64,000 nucleotides of DNA from Octopus bimaculoides (lineage: Eukaryota): positions 3,272,525-3,336,524 of the forward strand of contig NC_068994.1 in NCBI RefSeq assembly GCF_001194135.2, read 5' to 3'. Positions within the stretch are counted from its first letter, which is position 1, and every line of letters starts with the position of its first letter. A program made the translations under genes and the position numbers. Under the pieces are notes generated by a model. The model saw only the letters and a list, made by a program, of their open reading frames with translations. It ran no database searches and was not told the DNA's origin. Positions 1 through 13,070 of the stretch are shown here, piece by piece.

Positions 1-283
1 TTTATATTTATATATATATATATTTATATTTATATATATATATTTATATATATATATTTATATTTATATTTATATATATATATTTATATATATATATATT
101 TATATTTATATATATATATATTTATATATATGCAACAAGCTTCTTTTTGTTTCCATCAAATTTGTGGCTCTGTGCTTTATGTTAGAAATAAATATCTAGT
201 TACATCTCTTTCGGTTCAGAGTTCAAACCTCCCCAGAGTAACGGTTTTTTTGTTATATTTCTGCTGCTTTTAAATAAAGTATA

Positions 284-309
<26 letters not shown>

Positions 310-318
<9 letters not shown>

Positions 319-505
319 CTTTGTGTTTATCCCCCACCACTACTTGACAACTGGTGTTAGTTTGTTTACATCCCCATAACTAGTTTGGCTAAAAAGTGTG
401 ATAGAATAGGCTAAAAAGTATTGGGGTCAATTCATTTGACTAAAAATTCTTCAAGGTGGTGCCCCAGCATGGCCACAGCCTAATGACCAAGACCGGTAAA
501 ATGAT
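310..505 (+). mobile_element. tRNA-derived SINE family A, 3' half
   Basis: Matches the 3' half of the full copy at 44263-44633 (cttgacaactggtgtt...ggtgccccagcatggcc), following a (TA)n tract. Confidence 0.75.
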
Positions 506-714
506 ATTGCGCGATATGTTAGATACAAGGCAGAAGCGTTTGAAGGCATGATGAGATGACAGAGGAGCATAAGGACCTATCAAACCCATAGCAGCGAGCA
601 ATGAGATCATCATGAGCTTCCAATCCTCGTCATCATTAATCCCTGGACCTTACTGCTTTGAGCCCTAACACTCATAGGACCAGTTACCCAATTTATATTA
701 ATAGCATATGAGTG

Positions 715-870
715 AGATGACAACATTCCTCCTGGATAAGATGCCAGTCTCTTGCAGGGTTACAGCTGAATGGACTGAAGCAATGTGAAAGAAATGTTTT
801 GCTCTAGAATATAATGCACTGCCCCATCCAGGAATTGAAACCAAAATCTTGCAATTGTATCCCTCTATAA
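715..870 (-). mobile_element. SINE head (family D; tRNA-like head plus ttgagcaag-type core)
   Basis: Reverse complement resembles heads at 20095 and 37650; another copy at about 2095-2215 (-). Confidence 0.6.
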
Positions 871-879
871 ACACTTGTC

Positions 880-1415
880 ATTGCCTCAGTGAAGCCCAAC
901 GTTCGAAGGTCGTGCTTCACCACCTCATCCCAGGTTTTCCTGTGTCTACCTCTTTCACAGGTTCTCTCTACTGCTAGGGTGTGACACTTTTTCACACAGC
1001 TGTTCTCATCCATACACAACACATGACCATACCAGCACAGTTGTCTCTCTTGCACACCACATCTGATGCTTCTTATGTCCAACTTTTCTCTCAGGGTGCT
1101 TACACTGTCGTTTATGCACACTGACATTACACATCCATCGGAGCATACTGGCTTCATTCCTTGCAAGCTTATGCATGTCCTTAGCAGTCATGGCCCATAT
1201 TTCACTGCCATGTAGCATGGCTGTTCGCCCACCTACATCATACAGTCTACCTTTTACTCTGAGTGATAGGCCCTTTGTCACCAACAGAGGTAGGAGCTCA
1301 CTGACCTTTGCCCAAGCTATTCTTATTCTAGCAGCTACACTCTCAGAGCATTCACCCAACTACTGACTTGGTCACCTAGGTAATCAAAGCTATCAACTAC
1401 TTCTAGCTTTTTCCC
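880..1415 (-). mobile_element. RTE-clade LINE, frameshifted RT C-terminal fragment
   Basis: LEVVDSFDYLGD...ARIRIAWAK...GRLYD...MLHGSEIW...MLRWMCNVS, frameshift near 1140, then LREKLDIRSI...WYGHV...RKTWDEVV; typical RTE C-terminus. Confidence 0.88.
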
Positions 1416-1419
1416 CTGG

Positions 1420-2075
1420 CATGTGATGAAATCTGTATCCTGTACATCTTCAGTGTTTATTGTACCTATTCTTCTGCTACACACAAAAACTATCTTCCCA
1501 GTTAACCTTCCTTTGATATTACTGCACTTCTTATGTATCCATAGCTTACACCAGGTACATCTTATGGAGTTTCAGTATATTACCTGCCCTGGTTGGTTGG
1601 AGTACTGTCTGCTCCATGTACAAAGTGTTGATGAGGTTCAGCAGGGCCTTCACCTGTCCTTGTTTGCAACACGCCATTCCTGGGACAGAAAAACCCTCAG
1701 GCCATCCAACATTGGGCAGATTGAAGTCTCCCATAAGAAGTACACTTATGTGTTGTTCTAATGTAACTAGAACTTCTACTTTTGTAAGGCAGTCTTCAAA
1801 CTTATCCACATGATTCGGAGCATCTGGAGGGCTATAACTACATCAAGTTGTCTTATATGTACAATTAGTGTGTCACATGCTGAATTTGAGTGTGACAAAA
1901 GAACCAGGGGTATGAGGTCTTTGCAGATGTACATAGCAACTCCACTGTGACTCCTTTCTTTTCTGTCGGTCCATAATACAACTACTTTGGTATGTGTATT
2001 TCTGCATTTGCTATATCTGGTTTCAGGTTTGTTTCCGGAAGTGCTATGCATAAGGCTTGATTGCATGCAACAAGG
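1420..2075 (-). mobile_element. CR1/L2-type LINE APE endonuclease fragment
   Basis: Joined frames give IALPETNL, GVAMYI, a YRPP-like motif, LLMGDFNLPNVGW and QPTRAGNIL, which are APE-domain motifs; disrupted. Confidence 0.8.
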
Positions 2076-3975
2076 TCTCTTAGGAAAAGAATTTTTGACC
2101 AGTTACTGGAGCAATGTGAAATGAAGTTTTTTGCTCTAGAACACAAAATGCTGTCCACTCTGGGGACTGAACCCACAATCTAGTAATCATTACTGCAACA
2201 GCCTAACCAGAAGGCCAAGACCCTTCATACATTTTTAATACTTATGGTGAAATAAGCATTAATATTTATAAACAAAATCGAACACACAAGATAAGTGTGT
2301 TGTTAGTTCATGAGTTAACGGAGGTGGTAGTAGTAGTAGTAGTAGTAGTAAAGGAGACAACAGTAAAGAAACTACGTTTTCTTTTTATTTTTATTGAACT
2401 AATTTTTTTAAAAAATCTTCAATGATTTAATGTCTGCACCATTGGCGCAAGCAATTGTCATCTGCAAAACAATGAAGACTGAACGTTTTACATCTTTTTT
2501 TTCTTTTTTTGATTTCATAAAATATGGACAGCAACAGATGATGTGAGCAAAGAAGAGAGAGAGAGAGGGACACGAGGCTATAGGTAACAAGTATGAGAAA
2601 AGCAGAGGGGGAAAACTCACAAAAATGAGCAGCAGCAGAGAAGGAGTAAATATGAAATGAAAGAGAATGTATTGAGTATTATTTACACTAGATGAGAGAA
2701 GGAGTTAAAAGACCTCCCAGAATAATCCTTGTCTCAAGTCTTATATGTCAACGAGCATGGAATTTCCATGGGTTCAGCTAATAATTATAAGACAGGCAGC
2801 ATTTAATTTAACTTTTATTGAAATTTGAAGCAGGATGGAAGGTTTGAGATGACCATTCCTTGAGTGAAGTTTCTGGCCATAAATCTCCATCGTTCCAGAT
2901 ACGAAGGCCAGTGTTGTGTTGCATAGACACATTCCATCACCACCATCATTATCATCATCATCATCAACATCATCTTGAACAGTTTGTTTTAATAACTATA
3001 TTTTCTATGTTGGCTGGAATAAAATAGTTTGATATATGAGTTAGCTTTGAAAAACATGGTTGATTCTCTTGGTATCAGAGTTGCTGAAGTTTGATATTAT
3101 TATGTTCAAGTAGGGGATTAAAAACAGTATTTTTTTTTTGTTTGTTTGGTCCAGTGCATAAGACAAAAGGAACTACCTATCATTGCTTGAAAGAAGTAGT
3201 TTCCTTTCTTTCATTTCATTTGTTAATTCCTTTTCTTTCTTTCATTGCCAAAACTGTAAAACAGAAGAACTTGTTTCATTGACTCGTTGTTCCTGGTTTT
3301 GCATCCAACATGTATTATTCATCTGTGATAGGTTACCACTGGGTTTGGAACATGGAATTTTCTGTTGGAATACAAGAAAAGGGAAACATTATTAGTTTCA
3401 AATTTAACATAATTGATTCATTATAAATAAACTCAGAGCAGTACATCTATCGGTGTTTATCATAGGGGACCTGGCTTACAAAAATCAAAACAAAAACAGT
3501 GATAAATAAATCAGTGATAATCAAACTACCTCTGTGGTACAAATAATCAAACCGTCTCTGTGGCACCTGAACTCATGGTCTACAGCAGCAAATCTTCCAC
3601 CACACCTTCATATTTTTTCTCTTCTCTGGTCCCATATTGATGAGTTTCAGTACATAAACCTGTATAAAACATATTCAGCCTTGCAACACTTTCAACAATT
3701 ACTGTCAGTTTTAAAGCTAAATAATAGCTTTTTCGAATGCTACAACATTTCATATACAAACTTTGGAAGCGTTGAAAGTGTTTGGTATTTTACAGATTGG
3801 AGAAAAAATTTCAAATGCAGTATAGCTAGGAAAACAACAGAAAGGTTGGGAAAGGATCTCTAGAATATCCTTCATATTCTTATGGGGATACATATAAAAT
3901 TTACAGTACAAAAATGGCAACAGTCAATGAACTGAGGGCAGCTGTTGAATGAAAATATGCACAAATATCAAAATC

Positions 3976-4345
3976 ATCATCATCATCATCATCGTTTAAT
4001 GTCTGCTTTCCATGCTAGCATGGGTTGGACGACTTGACTGAGGACTGGTGAAACCGGATGGCAACACCAGGCTCCAATCTAAATTTGGCAGAGTTTCTAC
4101 AGCTGGATGCCCTTCCTAACGCCAACCACTCAGAGAGTGTAGTAGGTGCTTTTACGTGTCACCTGCACGAAGGCTAGTCAGGCGATACTGGCAACGGCCA
4201 CGCTCGAAATGGTGCATCTTATGTGCCACCCGCACAAGAGCCAGTCCAGGGGCACTGGCAACGATCTCACTTGGCTTGCCGGGTCTTCTCACGCACAGCA
4301 CATTTCCAAAGGTCTCGGTCAGTAACAAAATGCTTTTTGACATTA
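3976..4345 (-). mobile_element. RTE LINE 3' UTR/tail with (GAT)n end
   Basis: (cat)n cgtttaatgtc..ttccatgctagcatgggttgg...gctggatgcccttcctaa; same block recurs at about 39000-39075 (+), 52236-52500 (-), 56790-57222 (+), 60200-60420 (-, contiguous with RTE coding relic) and 62590-62700 (+). Confidence 0.75.
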
Positions 4346-5716
4346 GCAATTAAATTACTTTGTGTTATTAGTAGTGCCTTCACCAGAATGGTCATCAACT
4401 TGAAAATAGACATGCATAAAAAATTAAATTCTGTCTGTAGATTCTATTAAATCTTGAAAATGAAACATATTTTAATAAACACTGACTTTATAATCATTCA
4501 ATGTATGTATACATTTTTGGGGACACCTTGTATATGTGTGTGAATGTATATATGTGTGAAGTGTATGTGTGTGTGGATATATATGATTGTGTCTCTGTGT
4601 GTACATCACACATATAGTATGTATAAACATATAAATTTGCATATATAAACACACACATACAAGATGTCCTCAACCCATATAACAGTAGTATTCCTGAATG
4701 TACTTGCACAATTCTATAAAACACATCTATTACTCAATGTAAAACATCATTGTCAATATATTCCACAACAATCACATCAAAGTCTTCCACAATTTCACAA
4801 TTTTAACAACAAAATCAAGACAGAGAAAAAAACACCAAAGAAAACCACATCCAATACAATAAATATAATAGGAAAATATTTCAATAACACAGCATGACTG
4901 AAAATAGATACCATATTGGCCCTTCTAGCTCACAAACCTTTACCTTCTAATCCTTGCTCCCTAGAATGAAATCCCTCTGGAATTTTATCCCTGGCTTTGT
5001 TTTCCCTACAGCAATCAACTTACAACTATTCATTGATCTCACCAGTGTGGGGAAATCTTTCAAGGATTTGTGAAAGCCCTGCAGTCCCTTTTTCTGCACA
5101 TCAAACCATTAAAACAAAAGAATGTTTTATTGTAAATATTGCAGTTAACAAAAAAATTTTTTTAATTCAGTGGTGGTGGTGGTGGTGGTGGTAGTAGTAG
5201 TGGTAGTAGTTGTAGTGTGATGGTGATGGTGGCAACTGTCTTACTAATCCATCTGTGAAGAACATTAATAGTGTCCACAGTATAACTTGCAGGACTTTAT
5301 ACTCTAAATTCCTGTCAAAGTGGACTAAATTCGTGTCCCATCATTTCACAACATAATGGTGGGTTGCCAAGTCCAAGTCCAGCTCCATACTGCTGTGTGA
5401 CCTGTTAGATTTTTGAATGGCAACAAAATCATCTCCCCACCTGTCCACCCACCCCTCACCACCTTCTTCACATCAAGAATTTATGTTCCAAACTTGTTTT
5501 TAATGAGGACCTTCCATTACATCAAGTATTTGGACCTAACAATCAATAAATTACAAAAAAAAAAAAAAAACCCTTTAGTTCTCAGAAAATTCTCTTCACT
5601 CTCTCACCCCCCATAAACACAGCAAGAAAGGGTTGGTCAAGAAGGGAATAAGGAGGATTAAGAAAGTGATGGATCAACCAGGGATGTAAATAACTGATGA
5701 GATTAACTACTTAGAT

Positions 5717-5872
5717 CAATGGATCTCAAGCAGCCTCCCAGCAACCCTTGACATTCTTTTCTCTAGAAATATAATAAATTTTTCTCTAATTGATTTGTGT
5801 TTTTTGATGTGGCTTCCTAAAAAATCCATGTTTGGGATTTGGCCCGGATATTAAAAGGGTTGAGAACCACTG
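5717..5872. mobile_element. hAT-type MITE with 8-bp target-site duplication
   Basis: TIRs CAATGGATCTCAA / TTGAGAACCACTG (11/13); flanks ACTTAGAT (5709-5716) and ACTTAGAC (5873-5880). Confidence 0.75.
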
Positions 5873-6361
5873 ACTTAGACAGACAGCTTCTGTACAGTGT
5901 TGTTGATGTTGTTGTTGTTTAGCATCCTAAACAGAGAAAGGTAAAAGTTGGTGGTAAACAAATACACAGGCACAACATAAACATACCCAGTCACTAGATA
6001 AACAAACTACTGCCATATATGGTAATAAATGGTTGAATTAGGGAGGTGAACACAACACCAAACACTGAACAACATTGACCAAATATAGTAAACAACAAGT
6101 CATGTGACAAAAGGCATTCAAGGCACGAGTTTAGGCTTTTCACAAACATAGTATTACTAGGACTATATTATTTTAAAGTGTTCTTTGTCCTTTGGCAGGA
6201 TATAGATATAGGTATAATATAATTATCTGTGTGTGAGAGAAGTAACTGATGCTCTTGTCTGGAATATGGCTAGATTGTGTTGTGAGGTAGTTATACAGGA
6301 CTAAATTATTGTATTCACATTTCAAAGTTTTCAAAATCTCTTCTGATTACATCAGATAAGT

Positions 6362-6456
6362 GAGTCTTTTGAGTCAAAGGTAGAAGAGTCTACTGAGTCA
6401 AAGGGGAGAAAGCCTACTAAGTCAAAGGTGGGAGAGTCTACTGATCAAAGATGGGA
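6362..6456. repeat. 24-bp minisatellite, 4 copies
   Basis: Consensus GAGTCTACTGAGTCAAAGGTGGGA. Confidence 0.8.
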
Positions 6457-6494
6457 AAGTTTGAGGGATAAGAGACAGAGTTTACTAAACCATC

Positions 6495-6675
6495 AAAGGA
6501 GCTTCACAAGTGCTAACTTGACCTGCTCAAAATAACAGCCAACTCTCCCTCAAATCACACCTTACAATCTTGGATAATGTGGACCATGGTTCCCTGCACA
6601 CAGGAGAAAGATGGGAGTCATGGCTAGAACGCCATTGATCATAAGTCTGCTCAGTCAAGTAAACAACAACAACAG
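6495..6675 (+). mobile_element. SINE/LINE-tail family C ending in (AAC)n
   Basis: ctgctcaaaataacagccaactctccctcaaatcacacc...aaacaacaacaac; related copies at about 41440-41840 (-), 43270-43390 (-), 53830-54035 (+), 57945-58150 (+). Confidence 0.65.
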
Positions 6676-7354
6676 CAATAACTGACAAGAAACCCCTAAG
6701 GGAGTCTCTATAGGGCAGCTTAACCTGATAAAGAATTTAATGGAAATTTTATAAAATTGTTGAATTACGGATTTCAGGAAAATTCTTACTAACAGACAGT
6801 GGAAATAGAATTGGATTGGGATAATTAATTAAATTAAAATTTTGAGTAACTTACCATATTTGATGGCATAAAAAACACAAAGACACCAGACAAACCCCAA
6901 TTTGAATAGAGTGAGGACTCTGTAGATAGAGTAGTCCTATCTACCTTTAAAAAGACAGTATGGCCACAGGTGGAGTGCCTTTCATTGTAAGTGTGCTTAA
7001 TCAGGTCTGTCCTAGGGCTATATAACAAATTCAGCCCAGTGGAGATTTTACTTGAGAGAAATAAGGGAGTAGAAACACCTGAAAGGTGGAGACTGGTTGA
7101 CAATTAAACCTTTTTGCTTTATATCTGTTGAAATACACTAATTTGGGATTCATTTTGAAAATAAGGAAGACTTTCAAGAAATATCATTGTCATTATTAAG
7201 ATGGTGTTTGGAAAACAAATTAGCAGGAGATTTTGATGGAAGGTTGTAATTTAGATCACTTTAACAGTGGAAACTTGTAAGACCAGAAGTGATCTCAGGT
7301 AAGTTGGTATGAAAAGGGCTAAAGAGGGAACTACTGGAAGGGGGCGTTGGTAGA

Positions 7355-8357
7355 CTAACAAAGAGACAACAAAGTGACAATACAAGTACTTACTGACATC
7401 ATGTTAGAAGTAGGTAACAGCTTACTGTTGTAATTGTTGTTGTTGTTGCTGTTGTTCGCATTTTGGTACGATTTTGATGGGTCAGTGGCATTAAACTCTG
7501 GATGTGTACGTTTATGGCGGCGTAGCTTGTCTGTCTGAGCAAACCTCTTGCCACAGATGTCACAATGGAACGGCTTCTCTCCAGTGTGTATCCGTCGATG
7601 TATTTGCAAGGTATCCTTGCGAGAGAACTTCTGGATGCAGAAATCACACTGGAATGGTTTCTCTCCGGTGTGAGATCTGCGATGTATCTGTAAATAGTCT
7701 CTATGAGCAAACTGCTTCAGGCAGATGTCACAATGAAACTTCTTTTTGCGGTTGTGTGTTCTCTGGTGAGTATGTAGCTTATCTCTCTGCGCAAACTGCT
7801 TCAGACACACGTCACATTGGAATGGCTTCTCTCCTGTGTGAATTCTCCTGTGGATCTGTAGTGTATCCCTCCGAGCAAACTTCTGGATACAAAAGTCACA
7901 CTGGAACGGTTTCTCTCCTGTGTGGGATCGTTTGTGAACGACCAAATAATCCCTCTGAGCAAAGTACTGAAAACACACGTCACACTGATATGGCTTCTCC
8001 CCAGTGTGGGTCCGCCTGTGAACTTGCAGTGTGTCCCTACGAGCAAACTGTTTCAGACAAAATTCACATTGGTAGGGTCTTTCTCCAGTGTGGGTGCGTC
8101 GGTGCATTTGCAAAACATATTCCTGGGCAAAATATTTACCGCAATATTCACAGTAGCTCTGTTTTAGTCCTTTAGATGAGGTATCTTCGTCTGTTGAAGT
8201 AGTGCTGGGTTGATTATCCTTTGACGAGTTGGACTGATAGATGTGTTTCTCTTTTGACGACATTGAGGTTGACTGAGATGAAACGTGTGAGTCAGATGAA
8301 TGCTTCAAGTTCTTACTTAATGACTGCGATTGTGTTTGCTGCTGTTGCTGCTGTTGT

Positions 8358-8391
<34 letters not shown>

Positions 8392-8812
8392 GATGCTGTT
8401 GCTGCTGCTGTTGTTGCTGTTGTTGCTGCTGCTGCTGTTGTTGCTGCTGCTGCTGCTGTGGTTGTTGTTGCTGTTGTTGTTCCGGTTGTTGTTGGAGTTG
8501 AAGGCTTGAACTTTGTTTAATATTTTCCTGGTATGACTTGTCCGAATTGACCGCAACAGCAACAGCGGTCGGCAGAGCAGTGACAAAATACGGCTGTGCC
8601 AGTTGCTTTAGGTAGACATCTGTTGGGAAGACAGTCTCCCCAACATGGGGCAACCGCTGTGCACTTTGGAAGCTGTACAGATCTGGATGGTAGAACTTGC
8701 TGTCAACATGATTAAGAATTCTCTGAGATGGAACTGGCAGTGAACACATTTCATTAGGCATCCGTTTCTCAGGAACGTGGGTTCTAGCTATATGTGGTGT
8801 AGACCTCTCCAT
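7355..8812 (-). CDS. C2H2 zinc-finger transcription factor ZF1 (8 fingers, N-terminal polyQ/polyH), 485 aa
   Basis: Intact ORF; 8 CxxC...HxxxH fingers mostly with TGEKP/TGERP linkers; candidate acceptor GTTCTAG| 6 nt before ATG. Confidence 0.93.
8340..8500 (-). repeat. Coding CAG/CAA and CAT/CAC trinucleotide tracts (polyQ-polyH-polyQ) in ZF1
   Basis: Seen directly in sequence and translation. Confidence 0.95.
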
Positions 8813-10209
8813 CTTAGCCTAGAACATACTCTGAACAGCATACAGTCCTTTACACGTTAATCTGAGTTTGGGAAGTTTGTGGGACGAGTTTCTAATCAAG
8901 CTTCAGTGGCTGTAAGAACGTAACCAGTGGGTTCTGATGGTAATAACTCTATTACATATGCTTCAATTAAACTGATACACTTGCTGCAGAAACCGCTTTA
9001 GTAGTCGGTAGAGCAACGAAGAAACAAACTTGAGTAATGTGGCCAAAGAAACTGAACATCTGAAATATATGGAAAGGAAAATGTAAATAATAATTAAAAT
9101 ATAATAATATCTCATTATCTATCACTGAGAAACCAGTGAAGAATCTGGGAAAGATATTTGATTGTAATGTGAGAGATACAGCATCCATTTGAGTGATTAA
9201 CTAAAAGTTGTAAACCTGGCAAACCACAATAACTCAGCCTTACCAAGCAAGTTCATGGCCTGGATTTAACAACATCCTTCTCTATATTCTCTGGTTCCTT
9301 TTGGTTTATTTACGAGGTCCCAATAGCCACAGTCAAGTGCTTTGAAGGAAAGGTCAGCAGATTTTTGCAGAAGTGGCTGGGACTGCCTTGGAGTTAGACC
9401 TGTGACCTGAAAGTGTCTCAAGCTAATATTGAAGTCAGGGCAGGATGTGAATGGCACAGGTGGCATAATGTCTTGTGAAAGGGTAGCAATACAACAATTT
9501 GCAAAGTGTACATGGATGATAAGAATTTGCTAATCTGAATGAGATGCAAGCATTGGTTGAGGAGTGAGCCAGCAGGATCGTTAGAATGTAACTATGAAAT
9601 CCAGTTAAGATGGGGGGGGGGGGCAGTGGAGCACAAAGTCCCATGGTCTAAACTTTGAAAAGCTGTACCACATTGAACAAAATGCCCAATGATATTGTGC
9701 CAAGCCAAGCCCATGCAACTTGTTCTATTGGGAGTTAGTGGAGTCACCGGCTTACCCTTTGTGCCTCCTCGATCAAATTCTTAGCAGCTTTCCAAAAGCT
9801 CTGGGCAAGAAGTTACTTTTGGTAGCTTGACCAGGTCTTGACACCATCTGTAGTGGGATTAGCCACTATGTCCACCCAATGAAGAAGACCTCACTTTTGT
9901 CAAGACTGGCTGAAGCTAAAAGTAACAGCCAGGACTACCTCTTCTGACTTGTTAGCAATGACACTAGACAGGAGCTGAAAGCTACCCTGGAGAAATAGTT
10001 TAATTTCCTGGAAACTGTTGCCAGACATGGTGCTGATCTCAGGAAGTGTCCAAGCAGGTGTTTTTATTGGAACTCTCAATATGCCCAAAGAAATACATTG
10101 GGGAGATGGACAAAAAGAGTGCAAAATAGGAAGAACTGGTGGAAGTATGCTGATAATAACAATAGGTGATGAGTAAGATATAGTTCCAGTGGTGTAGGAT
10201 GCAAAGGGT

Positions 10210-10447
10210 AGATAGAAACTGAAAGAAACCCATGTGATATGTGTACGTGCATTTGTCCCGTTTGACAATCGGTATTGGTATGTTTACGTCCCCGTAACTT
10301 AGCGGTTCAGTAAAAGGGACCAATAGAATAAGTATCAGGCTTTAAAAAAAAAAAAGCTCTGGGCTCAATTTGTTCGACGAAAACCCTTCAAAGTGGTGCC
10401 CCAGCATGACCGCACTAAAATGACAAAAACAAGTAAAAGATAAAAGA
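10210..10447 (+). mobile_element. SINE family A, 3' part
   Basis: gaaactgaaagaaacc...cgtccccgtaacttagcggttc...ggtgccccagcatgaccgc...aagtaaaagataaaaga. Confidence 0.8.
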
Positions 10448-11230
10448 CGTGCTTCTTTTATTTTTATCAGCTATTATATTTTGGGAGGGCCATTTAGCCA
10501 ATAAAGACACACACTGGTTATACTTCACTTTAATTTTATTGCTTAATCAATCAATTATTGATTTGTCAAATTTTCCCTCGAACTATTGTAGTTTTTTTCA
10601 AAATAATTTCCCATTTTCTAACCACACACACACACACACACACGGCAACGAGGTGGGGTTATTTGAATGTCTTTTTCCGATTAACTTTTCAAACGAGCAC
10701 CGTCATCACAATCGTCCTGTTTATTGGTCGTTTCAACGATGATGACAAAAATTGGGACAGTACAAAGACTAGGTAATTTTAACAGGCAATTTGTCACTTG
10801 TTAAAACAAAATCACAACTTTAATATTAACACAGAGGGAACTACTGAAACAGTTAGAGGCTGCATTTTGAGTGCTTCTTTGCATACATATATATGTTTCG
10901 CCTTAGTCCTTCAACTAATGGAGTTTGTAGAGGCAGCGCCCTGACAGCTTGTGTTGGACATCTTTCTGGCCTGACGGAGCCCTTCCCTCGCTGGATCTGA
11001 ACAAAGTCGGTTATAGACACGATCCCAGAAGAGGACTAGTATTTTAGGATACCAATTTTTCTATACAGAAGGGTAAAGACTTACAATATATACGCATATA
11101 GAAACGGATATACATAAGTCGATTTGGAGTATGGGATCGACCTTTGTGTCGAGTTTCTGTGGGTCCCACAACAGCTTCATTTGTTACATTTCTATGATAC
11201 GGTGATCGGTCGCAAAACACATACACAAAC

Positions 11231-11272
<42 letters not shown>

Positions 11273-12105
11273 TAATAGTAATTATATCTCTGAAATACCG
11301 CTATTGTAGCGTTTCGCAGATGGGTCTGACTTTACAAGGCAGTAATATATACATATATATATATATATACACATACATATTTGAAATCTCTCAGCTACCA
11401 ATGTGTGTGTAAATACGTATATGCATACGCACTTATAACCACATATGTACACATTTATTTAGATTGACATATAACCAGTTCTTATAATAATAATGCTACA
11501 TATAGATAAATAGCTCAACCCAACACACACATAAATACATAAATATATATGTGTGCGCACACCTCAAATTTTTTACGGTTTGATTAATTAAAAACAGTTA
11601 TGTATACATATCTAACCGACAAATTTTTAACCACACGCATTCATGTATATATACATACATTAATATATATATAGGCTACATACATCTAGTTTGATTTATA
11701 TGAGTAGTCACCATAAAATCTCCACCCTTTTTCGCTACGATCATATATAAATATATATATATATATATAAATATATTATCACGGTTGAAGTTGACTACGT
11801 ACATTACATATACATAGCATTTGCATGTAAATGTATACATGGATGTATGGATGAATTCAAAGACTCAATTAGTTGTAGAAACCTGGAGTGTCATGATTCC
11901 ACATCAAGCACCACCACCACTGTCCACTCTACTGATTGTCTCCCTTCCCTACTGGCCATAATTAGTGCAATTAACAAAGGGGAGGGGGTGTTTCCAAAAG
12001 GAACACATACACACACACATATATATATATACATACATACACACACACAAACATATATATACACACACACATATATACATACATACACTCATGTATATAC
12101 CCATC

Positions 12106-12151
<46 letters not shown>

Positions 12152-12352
12152 CACAATATTGTATGATTTAGCCAAGTTCAATATGGTGAAACAGAATTTC
12201 ATGGCTTTCCCCCCATCCGTCTTATTTCTTCATTTCCTCCCAGATCTGGAACACCGTGAAAAGACCCGTGATATGATAAAATAAGTGAATAAAAAGAACG
12301 AACCTCGGCTCTATGTTTGCTGTAGAGCAGCATCCATTACGGCTGTTATGTC

Positions 12353-12395
<43 letters not shown>

Positions 12396-12499
12396 CGTCG
12401 CTCTACTTTCTTTGTCTTCTTTACTGTTTGTTCGTTGTTGCCTGATGATGATGATGATAGTGATGATGATGATGATGATAATTTTACTCCCTTTTTCAT

Positions 12500-13070
12500 T
12501 ACAGCTTCTCTTTCTCTAGCGCTCCTCTACCCTTTCCCCTCTGCCTTTACTCTCTCTATGTATATATATATATATATAAATATATATATAAAATCCCTCT
12601 CTCTCTCTCTCTAACCCTTATTCTCTTTCTTTTTTTTCCGCTTTCTGTGCCCTTCCCTTTATTCTTTCTATATCAGTACCTCTGTCCCTTTCTCTATGTG
12701 TCATTCTTTTTGCACCTTTATCTTTGCCCCCTCTCTCTTTAACTATCACCTTCTCTCGCTTTCTCCCTCCCTCTCTCTTTTTGTTAACAGACAATCTGTC
12801 ATACTTTCTTCACCCACCCTCTCGTTTCTCTACCTCTTCCTCTTTACTTCCTCCTTTCCCCTCCACACTTCTCTTCCCCTCTCTCTCTAACAGTACTTCC
12901 TCCTCCTTCTCTTCCCCGGCCACCATTTCTCTTTATTTCTCTCTCTTTCTCGGCTCCCCCCCAGATTACCTCCCCTTGGCTCGATGTCCAAGACAAGGCA
13001 ACCTTCTCGCAGACAGACTCACCGATTTCTTATGTTTCTGTCTCTCTCCTTCTTACACTCAAAGGTAAGT
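12500..13070 (+). promoter_or_regulatory. CT-rich candidate promoter/non-coding first exon ending at donor AAG|GTAAGT (13064/13065)
   Basis: Perfect consensus donor after a pyrimidine-rich non-TE stretch between divergent ZF1 and ZF2; no transcript data. Confidence 0.35.

Noticed and set aside
7399-8586. Overlapping and antisense ORFs within ZF1 (e.g. 7504-8175 +), and similarly within ZF2, ZF3 and the mariner ORF
   Set aside because: Shadow frames of repetitive zinc-finger or low-complexity coding sequence; no independent motifs
9200-10200. GC-richer non-repetitive block upstream of ZF1 with short ORFs
   Set aside because: No recognisable motif in any frame and multiple stops; probably a decayed TE, not supportable
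10880-10960. Hammerhead-like GAAAC-ATATATAT-GTA with a GCCT/AGGC stem on the minus strand
   Set aside because: No CUGANGA core adjacent to stem II and no stem I pairing
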